Under the pieces are notes generated by a model, which saw only the letters and a program-made list of their open reading frames with translations, did not search any database and was not told where the DNA came from. A DNA stretch of 64,000 nt from the human T2T-CHM13v2.0 reference genome, Homo sapiens, in NCBI GenBank assembly GCA_009914755.4, contig CP068257.2, forward strand, positions 42,432,001-42,496,000, given 5' to 3'. The translations under genes were made by a program, and so were the position numbers. Shown piece after piece: positions 12,290 to 27,145 of the stretch (the first letter of the stretch is position 1; every line of letters starts with the position of its first letter).

Positions 12290-12890
12290 TGGCGCTTAGC
12301 TCAGCAGGAGCGCGCAGCACTGGTGGCACCTGTGCTATGTGCCGTGTTATCCCGCTCTTCCCTGGCGCTGGTGGCACCTGTGCTGTGTGCCGTGTTATCC
12401 CACTCTTCCCTGGCGCTGGCGGCACCTGTGCTGTGTGCCATGTTATCCCACTCTTCCCTGACACTGGCGGCACCTGTGCTATGTGCCGTGTTATCCTCTC
12501 TTCCCTGGCGCTGGCGGCACCTGTGCTGTGTGCCGTGTTATCCCACTCTTCTCTGGCGCTGGCGGCACCTGTGCTGTGTGCCGTGTTATCCTCTTTTCCC
12601 TGGCACTGGCGGCACCTGTGCTGTGTGCCGTGTTACCCCGCTCTTCCCTGGCGCTGGTGGCACCTGTGCTATGTGCCGTGTTATCCTCTCTTCCCTGGCG
12701 CTGGTGGCACCTGTGCTATGTGCCGTGTTATCCTCTCTTCCCTGGCGCTGGTGGCACCTGTGCTGTGTGCTGTGTTATCCTCTCTTCCCTGGCGCTGGTG
12801 GCACCTGTGCTATGTGCCGTGTTATCCTCTCTTCCCTGGCACTGGCGGCACGCACGCTGTGTGCTGGGGTATTCACCTCTTCCCTGTGGG
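12290..12890. repeat. GC-rich minisatellite in a TRAPPC10 intron. About 48-bp unit (GGTGGCACCTGTGCTGTGTGCCGTGTTATCCCGCTCTTCCCTGGCGCT), about 12 copies
   Basis: Tandem periodicity directly visible. The unit length is a multiple of 3, which explains the overlapping 304-, 214- and 137-aa ORFs in the track. Confidence 0.9.
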
Positions 12891-13446
12891 GAATAAGGCT
12901 TGAGACTTGCTTCCTTCCTGCCCTTAAGGGATGTAATAGCTTTGTCCTCACTGTGCCCCTAAACTGATTTGGTTTTCAGTTACATATTCAGCCTCACATG
13001 GATTAAATGCTTAGATAATTCATTAACTATGGAGTAGTTACTGATTGGCTAATGTCATCTGGAAATACATGACTGAAAGCACTTTGTCAAAACCCTGTGC
13101 ACATTGCAACATGCATGGCTCCGCGGCCCTGCGTGTATGGGAGCAGCAGGTGGGTCTGCTGCTTAGAGGACGGCTGTGCTCTTCCGCCGTTGAGGTGACT
13201 CTGGTGATGTGTGCATGTCTTGCCAGTTCTGCGTTCGTTTCTCTTGTCTGTATGCATAGCTTCCTGTTTCTCGTTGGTTTGTGTATGTGTTGGGTAAGGC
13301 TTTGCTTCCTGGATAATGAGTGGTTGAAGCCATAATAAAATGTCTAGGGCGTGGGCGGGCACTGCAGGTGAGTCTGGGCAGCAGTGGTGGTGGCTGTGCT
13401 GTCCGTCGGCGAGTGGTCTGAGAGTGTCTTTGTGCTTCCTCCTCAG

Positions 13447-13547
13447 GTGTCGATTGACTGCCCGTGGTCCATCTACTCCACAGTCATCGCACTGACCTTC
13501 AGCGTACCCTTCAGGACCACACACAGCCTCCTGTCCTCAGGAACACG
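13447..13547 (+). CDS. TRAPPC10: TRAPPC10 coding exon. Peptide VSIDCPWSIYSTVIALTFSVPFRTTHSLLSSGT(R)
   Basis: Acceptor gtgcttcctcctcag|G at 13445-13446, donor CG|gtaacgg at 13548-13549. Ends in phase 2. Confidence 0.85.
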
Positions 13548-14525
13548 GTAACGGAGGCGTAGCGTGCGGGCCCTGGCTTCTTTCCCCAGACTCTTCTAAG
13601 TGGAGGTTCCTAATGTTCAAAACTGGCCTTCGTGGTGACCAAGGATGTCTTCTTATGTGACCACAAGGCCATTGTTTGTGTCTTAAAATCCACAATTCCC
13701 TGGTGTCCTGTGACATCCAGTTCATATTCAGGTTTTCCCAACTGTCTGAAAATGACCTTTTATGGTTGCTTTGTGTGACTTGGGGTCCAAAATCTCCATC
13801 AGACCACTAGATCTCTGTTCATCCTTTCTTCCCTGTTTTCAAGCCATCGACTTGTTCACTTGCAGGCCAGGTTTCCTCTGGACGCCCGCCTTTCTGGATC
13901 TGGCTGGATTTGTTAACTAGTTCTCCTGTCCCTGTATTTCTTGTCAATTGCCTGCAACCTCTAGAACAGGAGCTTTTAAGCTCAGCATTAGTGACATTTT
14001 GGGCTAGATAACTCTGTTGTAGGGGCTTTCCTGTGTGCTGTAGGGTGTTGAGCAGCACCCCAGGCTCTCCCATGAGATGCCAGTAGCACTCCCCACCTGC
14101 AGGTGTGGCAGCCACAGATGTCTGTAGACACTGCCCAGTGTCCTCTGGGTGGGGCGGACGTGCCCCAGTGGAAAACAGCTGCCCTAAAGGCTTGAGTAGA
14201 CTCCAGTTCTGCTTTGAGGCAGGCGGGGCTGTGTGCTTCCTGTTGACTGCACCGGGAGGCCCACGGTGTCCAGGTGTCCTACCTTAGTGACGGTGCTAGC
14301 GTTGATCAATGGGCTCGGGATGCTAGCCTGGCCTCTCACCACAACTTTTTATCCATTGATGATGTGTGGATAATTTGGAAACAAAAACGTCAGACCCATG
14401 TTTAGAATGGAACATTATACTAGCAGCTTTTTTCCCCTTCAAATCACAGCAAAGGGAACTGTAGATATTAATAGTTAAAAACATCAATAATCTCTAAAAG
14501 AACCTTATTAAAAAATTATTTTTCA

Positions 14526-14817
<292 letters not shown>

Positions 14818-15036
14818 CTATTATTAATATTTTCAAAGTTTTGCATGTAATGGAAATGGATATAAGCCCCGCCTATCATCTCTCAATGGAGAGTCTTCAC
14901 CTGTAATGAGGAGGGCTGCTGCTGTCTCCCCGTGGCTCCCCAAAGGCCAGTGAGGGTGACCAGCCATGATCACTTAATAAGGCTGGTCAGAAACTATATT
15001 CTTTCTTCCATTGCCTCACAGAACTTGCCTCTTTAA

Positions 15037-15352
<316 letters not shown>

Positions 15353-15536
15353 AAAAGGTTTATTTTCTGGCACTTTTCGGTGTGAAATCTGAAGGGAAAC
15401 TTATGCAACAACTTAGCTTACTTTGCTTTGTTGCTTTTTTGATTCCCCAGGCAGAGAGGGTCTCCTTAACAAAGCTAAGATATATTTAATAAAGTTCTTA
15501 CATATCAAAATAATACTTTTTGTTTTTCCACTTTAG

Positions 15537-15663
15537 GAAATATGTTCAAGTTTGTGTCCAGAATTTGTCAGAACTTGACTTTCAGCTGTCAGATAGTTAT
15601 CTTGTAGATACCGGTGATAGTACCGACCTGCAACTAGTACCACTGAACACGCAGTCCCAGCAG
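15537..15663 (+). CDS. TRAPPC10: TRAPPC10 coding exon. Peptide (R)KYVQVCVQNLSELDFQLSDSYLVDTGDSTDLQLVPLNTQSQQ
   Basis: Acceptor tttgtttttccactttag|G at 15535-15536, donor CAG|gtaaac at 15664-15665. Ends in phase 0. Confidence 0.85.
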
Positions 15664-16422
15664 GTAAACATTGTGTAGACCTGAGCATAAACTTCTCAAC
15701 AGAGAACCAGAGTGTACGGAAATGATGTAGTATGTGTTGCGACTGAGCCTTTAGATAGAACAGCTGCACTGCTGATGAGTAAAGGCTCCTGTGCAGCTCC
15801 TCCGGCTGCCCTGAGGCTGGATCGAGGCTTGCTCCTGAGTAAGCGGGTGGCTGGATGGATGAATTCTTCTTTTTAGAAGAATTAAATCTGAAACTGGTCC
15901 CACTCTATGCGTAGACGTGTGCAGATCCAAGCTTCTGTTTGAACGCACTGTTGATTGCATGGGCACTGCTCCACTCTGCCCAGAGCCTGATGCCTGCCAG
16001 TGCCAGAGCGATGGTGCCCGACACCTTGGTGCCTTTGTAAAAGAGCCATGCTTGTGCCTGCATCTGGACCTTGCTTTTTCTGTTTATGGCTCGCTGCCTG
16101 GATGAATCTTGACCTTGCTTTTTCCGTTTATCTTTCACGTGTGTTTTTAGGCAGTAAATGCTGAGTGTTTAGAGATCAAAGGCTTTCTTAATGGATGTCT
16201 GAATCTTCAGCATTTTCAAAGGATTTTCCCCCACTAATCCTTTAGCTCTTTCAGATATCACTGGGGCTCATCACTGTGCTTTTAGGTGTGGACTTTACAT
16301 GTAATAGCGGTGTTCAGCCCCTGCATTAGGTTGTGCTGGTTCCTAAAATAATTTAAATATAAAATAATTGGCTGGATGTAAAGATTTACTTTTTATCTTA
16401 TTTTTTAAATTTTTATTTATCT

Positions 16423-16712
<290 letters not shown>

Positions 16713-16775
16713 AGATGTACTCTTTAATTAATTGATGATATATTCCCCTGTTTTGGAGCTGCATGGGATATGCTA

Positions 16776-17392
<617 letters not shown>

Positions 17393-17677
17393 CTACTTTT
17401 TAATGATCTCATATGATATAAAACTTATGGTATCATAAAAAGTTAAAGATTTACCAATTTTGTACAATCTTCTGCTGGGACAAGGCCAGGCAAAGGGAGT
17501 CAGGGCAGGGACAGGTGCTGTGGGGCCTAAAGCAGCATGCATAGGCGTGCTGTGAGGCGGGGCCTGCCCATGGTGTCTGCTCAGCACCCTTCGCATGGCG
17601 TGTGTTTCGCTGCAGTGTCTGTGTCCTCTTTGCGGTTATGGTGCTGTGTGAGCAGTGACCCCCAACTCTCTTTCCAG

Positions 17678-17848
17678 CCCATCTACAGCAAGCAGTCGGT
17701 GTTCTTCGTCTGGGAACTCAAGTGGACAGAAGAGCCTCCCCCTTCTCTGCATTGCCGGTTCTCTGTTGGATTTTCCCCAGCTTCTGAGGAACAGCTGTCT
17801 ATCTCCTTAAAGCCGTATACTTATGAATTTAAAGTGGAAAATTTTTTT
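17678..17848 (+). CDS. TRAPPC10: TRAPPC10 coding exon. Peptide PIYSKQSVFFVWELKWTEEPPPSLHCRFSVGFSPASEEQLSISLKPYTYEFKVENFF
   Basis: Anchored by ORF 17537..17890. Acceptor cccaactctctttccag|C at 17676-17677, donor TTT|gtaagtg at 17849-17850. Phase 0 in, phase 0 out. Confidence 0.9.
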
Positions 17849-18664
17849 GTAAGTGATGTATTATTTTGGGAGGGTGGGGTGGAAAAATGAAAGATGGCAT
17901 TATGTTCTTTATAATCTGAAGAACTGAATAGACAGCTTCTGTCAACATAATGAAGGAGCAGCTGGAGAAAAACAGTTGTTGGGGTAGTTGAATCATTGAC
18001 TGTCTTTATTTTAGAACCCCAGGTCCTTCTCAAGTGACACATCTGAGATGCCCACACTCCTGGGGGCATCTCTAAGAGGAGTGTTTGTCATTTGGAAAGC
18101 CCAAAGATTCCTTTTTTCTTCTATCTTTTTCCCTTTCTCATGTTGACTTAGTAACTCCCTGGAAATATTTCTTGGAGTCATTTCATCTTCAGGGGCATTG
18201 CTTTCTAAGGCATATCTCTAGTTTTTCAAAGAAAAGCTGAAAACATATGAAAACCTGCTAGCTGAGTATTGTGAAGATTTTCTTAGAACTTGTGCATCAT
18301 TTGGTAGAAGCCAATTTGAGTGTGGAATGAAGAGTAGCCTTGAGCTAGGTGAGTAGATACAGGTGTGTGCTGTGTTCCTTTAGGGAGATGATTTGACTTA
18401 ATGTTTTGCAATTTTGTGATACTTTCTTTTCTTCTCTTTACTATTTGAAATTATCAAACAATGTTTATTTGAAGTGTTTGTCTTTATAGTTTTGATATTA
18501 GCAGTTTTTTTCTATCTTCTTCCATCCAAGACAAATTGTTTTGACCTTCATGTTTTATATAACTCTCCTTAAATAAATTTAAATGAATAAATAAAACCAC
18601 AAATTATTAAATAATTTAATTAAATCAAATAATAGTATATATTATAATAATAATTTATATATAA

Positions 18665-19480
<816 letters not shown>

Positions 19481-21282
19481 CCAAAGTACGGGTTTGTATG
19501 TTGCTGTATCTATTCAATTCTCCTGGTAAAGACCTGAGTGGAATTTCTGGGTCATAGGGTAACTCTGTGGTTAGCTTTTTGAGCAACTGCCAACTTTTTC
19601 CAGAGGGCTCTACATTCCCACCAGCAACATAGTGGATTCCAGCTGGGACCCAGAGAGTCCCAGCTTCTGTGTGTCCTGCCAGCACTTGTCTCACTGTGTT
19701 TTTGGTTGTGGCTGTCCCAATTGGCAGGCGTTTCCCCAGTGGCTGGTGATGTGCTGCGGCTCGTGGGCGTGTGGCCCATTTTTCTGCCTTCTTTGGAAGG
19801 ATGTCTGTTCAGATCCTTTCCCCATGTTTAAATAGGGTTATTTGTTTTTTATTATTGAATTGTAAGTTCTTTATATATCCTAGGTACCAGGTCCTTATAT
19901 ATGATTTGCAAGTATTTTCTTCCATTTGTTGTCTTTTGAAGCACCAAAGTTAAATTTTGATGAAATCCAATTCAACTCTCTCTTTTATTGCTTAAATTTT
20001 TTGCTTTGGACCTAGAAAATCATTGCCTTTGGTCAAAAAGATTTTCTCTTGCATTTCCTTCCAAGATGTTCGTAATTTGAGCACTTGCATTTAGGTCTGT
20101 GATCTACTTTGACTTAATTTCTGTGTATGGTGAGAGGTAGGGTCCAAATTTGTTCTTTTCAAATGACCCAGCAGGTGTCCCTATCCCATCTGTCATGACG
20201 ATGCTTTCCTCCCTGCAGGGTGGCCCTGGCCCCCTTGCCAGATTCCAGCTGGCCGTCAGTGCTCGCGTGTCTCTCTGAAGAGGCTCTGCGGTTCTGGTCC
20301 CTGTGCCTGAGCTCCAGGTGCCGCCAGGTGAGGCCCCTGCTGCTCGCCTTGGGCTGTGCTTTCCCCCAGCCACTCTCCTTCCCAGATGCAGCCCAGAGCA
20401 GCGTTCAGGCACACGCAGGTCTCATCACACCCCACTGTGTCCTACTGCAACTCTGGGTGTCCTTCAAGCCCTGAGGCAAATCTGCATTCTTTGCTGGATT
20501 CAGAAACATTCAGACTGTGCCCCAGCCAGAAGCTTCTGAGGAGGAGGTATTTCAGTGGGCCTCTAGCACAGTGTTCTACTGCTTCAGTTCCCAGGACCTA
20601 CGGGCACCCGGGCCCACGGCTGGCACTTTTGCATCTGTGTATTTGGGATCTTTTCTGCCCTGTGGCTTGAGAGCCCCAGGAAGTCCCAGCATGGCCCCTC
20701 TTGAGACTGGTGGGAGTTTGTCCCATGTCCGAACAGAGGTAATTGGGCATTTGGTAGGAGATCACCTAGAAAGGCCGCTCTTGGGACTGCTGTTTAGGCT
20801 GTGAACTCCCATAAAACGGCTTCATCTTGGCCTCAGACTCCAGACAAATGCTTCTTAATATACTGAAATCTCTTCTTTGAACATTTTACAATGCCAATAG
20901 AACACTTTTTAAGTCAAGCTATACTGTATTACACACGCTCGCGCGCACACACAACGCTTCCCCTCAGAAGTGGAACTGCCAGGTTGTAGTGCATGAGCCC
21001 TTTTTCATCTTGGCAGTGGCAGATGTGTTTTGATCGTTTGTCATGGGTGGTGGTAGAATGTTAAGCATGTTTGAATAGCCACCGAGAATAGGTTGATTAT
21101 GGAAAGAAAACACGGACAAAGTAGATTATGGACTGAATTGGGTTATACCAAGGAATTCCTGTTGCTTTTGCTAGTTGTAATAATAGCATTGTGTTTTGGT
21201 AAGAAAAAGGCCTTAGTGTTTAGTAATGCATACTGAAGCAGATGGGGCAAAATAACAGGTTGTCTGAAATTTGCTTTATTTT

Positions 21283-21633
<351 letters not shown>

Positions 21634-21970
21634 TGATAAGAGGATGCTGAGGCAGCAAGATGCTGAGATCTCAGGATCTGGGTGATAGGCGGCTGGAAGG
21701 GCTCTGTGCTATCCTTTCTTCCTGTGGTTGAAAATGTTCATAATTTAAAGAAGGATGTTAAGGTTCGGAGTGTAGGACTTCCGAAAACATTGCATCTCCA
21801 GTGGGAATTATTGAGAGTGAGTGGCGACAGTTGCTCTAAGGCCAGCCGAGCAGATAGGTGTCTATCCTCAGCTCTCCAGGGTCTGTGGGCAGCTCTGCTT
21901 TTTCCTCTAGTTGCATTTCTTGAGGCCACTTAGGTACATTTCCTTTCTATTCTCTCCCTTTCCTGCCCAG

Positions 21971-22148
21971 ACATTATACAACGTGAAGGCTGAGATCTTT
22001 CCCCCTTCGGGAATGGAGTATTGCAGAACAGGCTCCCTCTGCTCCCTGGAGGTTTTGATCACGAGGCTCTCAGACCTCTTGGAGGTGGATAAAGATGAAG
22101 CACTGACTGAATCTGATGAGCATTTTTCGACAAAGCTTATGTATGAAG
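21971..22148 (+). CDS. TRAPPC10: TRAPPC10 coding exon. Peptide TLYNVKAEIFPPSGMEYCRTGSLCSLEVLITRLSDLLEVDKDEALTESDEHFSTKLMYE(V)
   Basis: Anchored by ORF 21911..22255. Acceptor ctttcctgcccag|A at 21969-21970, donor GAA G|gtaggtgg at 22149-22150. Phase 0 in, matching the upstream exon, and phase 1 out. Confidence 0.9.
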
Positions 22149-22245
22149 GTAGGTGGTCTCGAACCCATGGGCTCAAGCAGTCCTCCCGCCTTGGCCTCCC
22201 AGAGTGTTGGGATTACAGGTGTGAGGCACTGCACTCAGCCTATCT
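22149..22245 (-). mobile_element. Alu 5' fragment, antisense, starting 1 nt after the TRAPPC10 exon donor at 22148
   Basis: Reads GTGGTCTCGAACCCATGGGCTCAAGCAGTCCTCCCGCCTTGGCCTCCCAGAGTGTTGGGATTACAGGTGTGAGGCACTGCACTCAGCC. Confidence 0.85.
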
Positions 22246-23104
22246 TGCATTTTGAATGGCTCTTTTACCCAGGCATCATAGCGTTACACCCTGTGCCATT
22301 AGTCATGTGGGAAACATGGTTTCCTGAGTTGTGCAGATCTTCCAAATGTGGGCACCTTTCGTTTGACAATATTTTTTTAAAATCTGCATTTGTGATCTCT
22401 CAGGGAGGGCTTGGAGCATCAGAACTCTTTCAAGCTCACAGTGGCAAGTGTAAGTTTTCCAAAATTCTGATTTTTGCTTAAAGTCTCAGATGGCATCATT
22501 GGCAGCAAATAGTCGTGTTGTTTTCTTTGAAGTGACAGGCTTACATCATTCATTTTTAATCAGACGTCTACCAAATACCCAACACTGAATAACTAGCTTC
22601 CCCAGCGCTCTTGCAAGTGAAAAGGGCGTTCTGTGAAAACAGCGGCTATTTCAGCTCGCAGCACCGAGCGCTCCCCGTGTGCTTTCCCTGAGCCAGCTGT
22701 CATTCTGCAGCAGAGACCCAGAGAATGTCAAGAACACAAGCACTCAAGAATGGAAATAACTCAAACGTCCTTCAGCTCGAGAGCGGTTAAACTGGCACAT
22801 CTGATTCCTCCTCAGCAGTGAAACAGAAGGGACTGTTGACACACGCAGTGCTGTGGTTGGATCTCAAGGGCATTATACTAAGAGAAAAACGCCAGTCCTA
22901 TAAGGAGGTGTACTGTGTGATTCCATTTCTAAATGACATCCTCAAAATGCCAGCCTCAGAAGGAGAGCGGGTCAGTGTTCCACGGAGCAGTGGGAGGCAG
23001 CAGGAGGCCGTCCTCTGTGGTAATGGAGAGTTCTGGGCCAGGGCCGCTGTGGTTGTTACACGAATCTACACATGTGACAAATGCCATAGAATTAGACCCA
23101 AAGA

Positions 23105-23525
23105 ATGCCTGCGAAAGCTGCTGAAATCCAGTGGGGTCTGCAGCCTGGTTCACTCTGTAGTGAAATCCAGTGGGGTCTGCAGCCTGGTTCTATCTGTATT
23201 GAAATCCAGTGGGGTCTGCAGCCTGGTCCACTCTGTAGTGAAATCCAGTGTGGTCTGCAGCCTGGTTCTATCTGTATTGAAATCCAGTGGGGTCTGCAGC
23301 CTGGTCCACTCTGTAGTGAAATCCAGTGGGGTCTGCAGCCTGGTTCTAGCTGTATTGAAATCCAGTGGGGTCTGCAGCCTGGTCCACTCTGTAGTGAAAT
23401 CCAGTGGGGTCTGCAGCCTGGTTCTATCTGTATTGAAATCCAGTGGGGTCTGCAGCCTGGTTCACTCTGTAGTGAAATCCAGTGGGGTCTGCAGCCTGGG
23501 TCACTGTATGGTACCAGTGTCAGCT
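23105..23525. repeat. Minisatellite in a TRAPPC10 intron. 39-bp unit GAAATCCAGTGGGGTCTGCAGCCTGGTTCACTCTGTAGT, about 10.5 copies, alternating between two variants (...CACTCTGTAGT and ...CTATCTGTATT) to give a 78-bp higher-order periodicity
   Basis: Directly visible. 39 is 13 codons, which explains the 246- and 183-aa artefact ORFs. Confidence 0.9.
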
Positions 23526-24444
23526 TCCTGTGTTACACGAGATGGCACAGTTGGGTGAAGCTGGTGATGAAGGTATGTGACCCCTCTACTACTTTTACAA
23601 CTTCTTGTGAGTCTATAAACATTTCACAATTAAAAAAAAGTCTACTCAGGAGCTGAATTTAATAAAATGAGCACTTTTGACTGCTTTGTGAAGCGTGGCA
23701 TTTTTTTTTTTGTTTTTTTGCTGTGAGTTCATGGTAGTAAAGAACATGAGTGACATGACTGCGCAGTCTGGCCCGAGTTCATGCCATTGTGGTTGCCCCA
23801 GCAGCGCGAGGTCAGCAGCGTAGAAAGGCAGCAGTGTGAAAGCTATGAGCTTGCGGGTGCCCTGAGAGCCACACTCTGAGAACTGTCACTCCTTTGCCTT
23901 CCTCCTGACACTCCTAGGGCCTCTGCATGTCCTGTAGTAGCTCCTGTCCTCAAAGGTCCCCCATCCCCAACTACAGGATGTCCACCTCCCTGAGCCCTTC
24001 TCTGCTGCTCGTGGCCTTCTGGTCACTCACTCCCCCTGGGCGGTTGCTCGGTATCCTCATGATGGGAAGCTGTGACCTCTTTACCAGGTCTACTGCTACT
24101 GGATGGCAAGGATCCTGTCTTGCTTACTTTCATATCTCCAGGGCTAGTCCCAGTGAATGATCACTTAAGTGTTTGAATTGCATTGAATTACATGATGGTT
24201 GTGTTTTAATAATTAATGTTAATAATAACACCTGCCATATATTAAGACACTACCATGTCCCAGGAGTGGTACTAAGTGCTTTACATACAAGGGGTCTTCA
24301 AAAAAATCATGGAAGATACGTTATGAAAAAACTATGCATGGATTTCAACACTTTTTGCACCAAAATAAGCTCCTACTCACTGAGCAGGATCTAGTTTGAG
24401 GCACTAAGAAGGATAAGACATCAGTTTTAAAAGAGCCCCTATCA

Positions 24445-25900
<1,456 letters not shown>

Positions 25901-26391
25901 CCATCCTTAAAAAGCAGCTCTGTGAGGCTGGTGGTGGTCTCAGCACTATACAGCGGTCATTGAGCCTGGAGGCCTTGGGGTGCTCTTCTGAGTGGCAGAG
26001 TTGGCTTCAGACCCAGTGGTCTTGGATACTGCCACTTACCAGACAGAACCCATTAACTGCCAAAGTCACCATACTGTGGAAGATGACACAAAAATTTGAA
26101 AACAAAATTAAATCATTTATTAACCTCACAGGAAAAATGCAGTTTTCTGTACACGTCCAGCATAATTCATTCTAATCCAGAACTAATTGAAATTGGACTC
26201 AATGAAATAGGGGTTGCCACCGTGAAAGTGCATGGCTTTATCTTCAGGCGCAGCTACAAGGCACTGGGCTCTGTGTCCGCAGTGTTTTGTCAGACAGCGT
26301 TGGGTGAGAGGATTGGGTAACGACGGCCGTGACTCTCGCCTGAGTACTGGAAGGCCCGTCCTGGATGACACATCGCTTCCTCTCGTTTCAG

Positions 26392-26586
26392 TTGTCGACA
26401 ACAGTAGCAACTGGGCAGTGTGTGGGAAAAGCTGCGGTGTCATCTCCATGCCAGTGGCTGCTCGGGCCACTCACAGGGTCCACATGGAAGTGATGCCGCT
26501 CTTCGCCGGGTATCTCCCCCTGCCCGACGTCAGGCTGTTCAAGTACCTCCCCCATCATTCTGCACACTCCTCCCAACTGGACGCTG
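26392..26586 (+). CDS. TRAPPC10: TRAPPC10 penultimate coding exon. Peptide (V)VDNSSNWAVCGKSCGVISMPVAARATHRVHMEVMPLFAGYLPLPDVRLFKYLPHHSAHSSQLDA(D)
   Basis: Anchored by ORF 26232..26654. Acceptor cttcctctcgtttcag|T at 26390-26391, donor GCT G|gtaagg at 26587-26588. Confidence 0.9.
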
Positions 26587-26906
26587 GTAAGGACTTTGGA
26601 AGAAAAAGTTTACCTTCAGTATTTGAGCAGGTGAGCACTTTGTGCGAGAGGTGATAAACTTATGACTGAGCAGGTTGGAGAACTAGCGGCGTGTTTTCAG
26701 TGCCGGTAGAAACTGGTACTAGAAGCCTCATCCGCTGTTAGAATCTTAGGCACCTGCTCTGAAAGCCAAGCCTCTGTGCACAGAGTGCTCTGTAAAGGGG
26801 CAGCCTCGGGTGGCATTCTGCACGTTCAGCCTGGCTCCGTGTGGCTTTGCCCGTCCCCAGGTGAGTGTCGGCGCAGCTTGGGTCTAACTTCCTGTGTGTT
26901 TTGCAG

Positions 26907-27145
26907 ACAGCTGGATAGAAAACGACAGCCTGTCAGTAGACAAGCACGGGGACGACCAGCCGGACAGCAGCAGCCTCAAGAGCAGGGGCAGCGTGCATTC
27001 GGCCTGCAGCAGCGAGCACAAAGGCCTACCCATGCCCCGGCTGCAGGCACTGCCGGCCGGCCAGGTCTTCAACTCCAGCTCGGGCACACAAGTCCTGGTC
27101 ATCCCCAGCCAAGATGACCACGTCCTGGAAGTCAGTGTAACATGA
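26907..27145 (+). CDS. TRAPPC10: TRAPPC10 terminal coding segment. Peptide (D)SWIENDSLSVDKHGDDQPDSSSLKSRGSVHSACSSEHKGLPMPRLQALPAGQVFNSSSGTQVLVIPSQDDHVLEVSVT, stop TGA at 27143-27145
   Basis: Anchored by ORF 26894..27145. Acceptor cctgtgtgttttgcag|A at 26905-26906. Ser/Asp-rich C-terminus followed by the 3'UTR. Confidence 0.9.

Noticed and set aside
12290-12890. Could the regularly spaced direct repeats (here, 23105-23525 and 43650-43860) be CRISPR arrays or another prokaryotic defence locus?
   Set aside because: The repeats are contiguous with no unique spacers, the flanks are human Alu-containing introns of known genes, and every other signal (GT-AG introns, CpG islands, poly(A) signals) is eukaryotic. 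Nothing bacterial or phage-like is present.
11989-12967. Overlapping 304-, 214- and 137-aa ORFs with a Cys/Pro/Ala-rich repetitive product
   Set aside because: They lie entirely in a 48-bp minisatellite, 16 codons per unit, so all frames stay open. No splice-site or phase connection to TRAPPC10 exons. Composition-driven artefact.
20219-20327. Treating the 20219-20327 splice-flanked segment as a constitutive TRAPPC10 exon
   Set aside because: Its length (109 nt) and phase are incompatible with the phase-0 to phase-0 join of the flanking exons, and it gives an immediate in-frame stop. It is reported only as a candidate alternative or poison exon in findings.
22818-23656. 246-aa and 183-aa ORFs (KSSGVCSLVHSVV... 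and IQWGLQPGS...)
   Set aside because: Artefact of the 39-bp (13-codon) minisatellite. Intronic in TRAPPC10, with no start or splice context.
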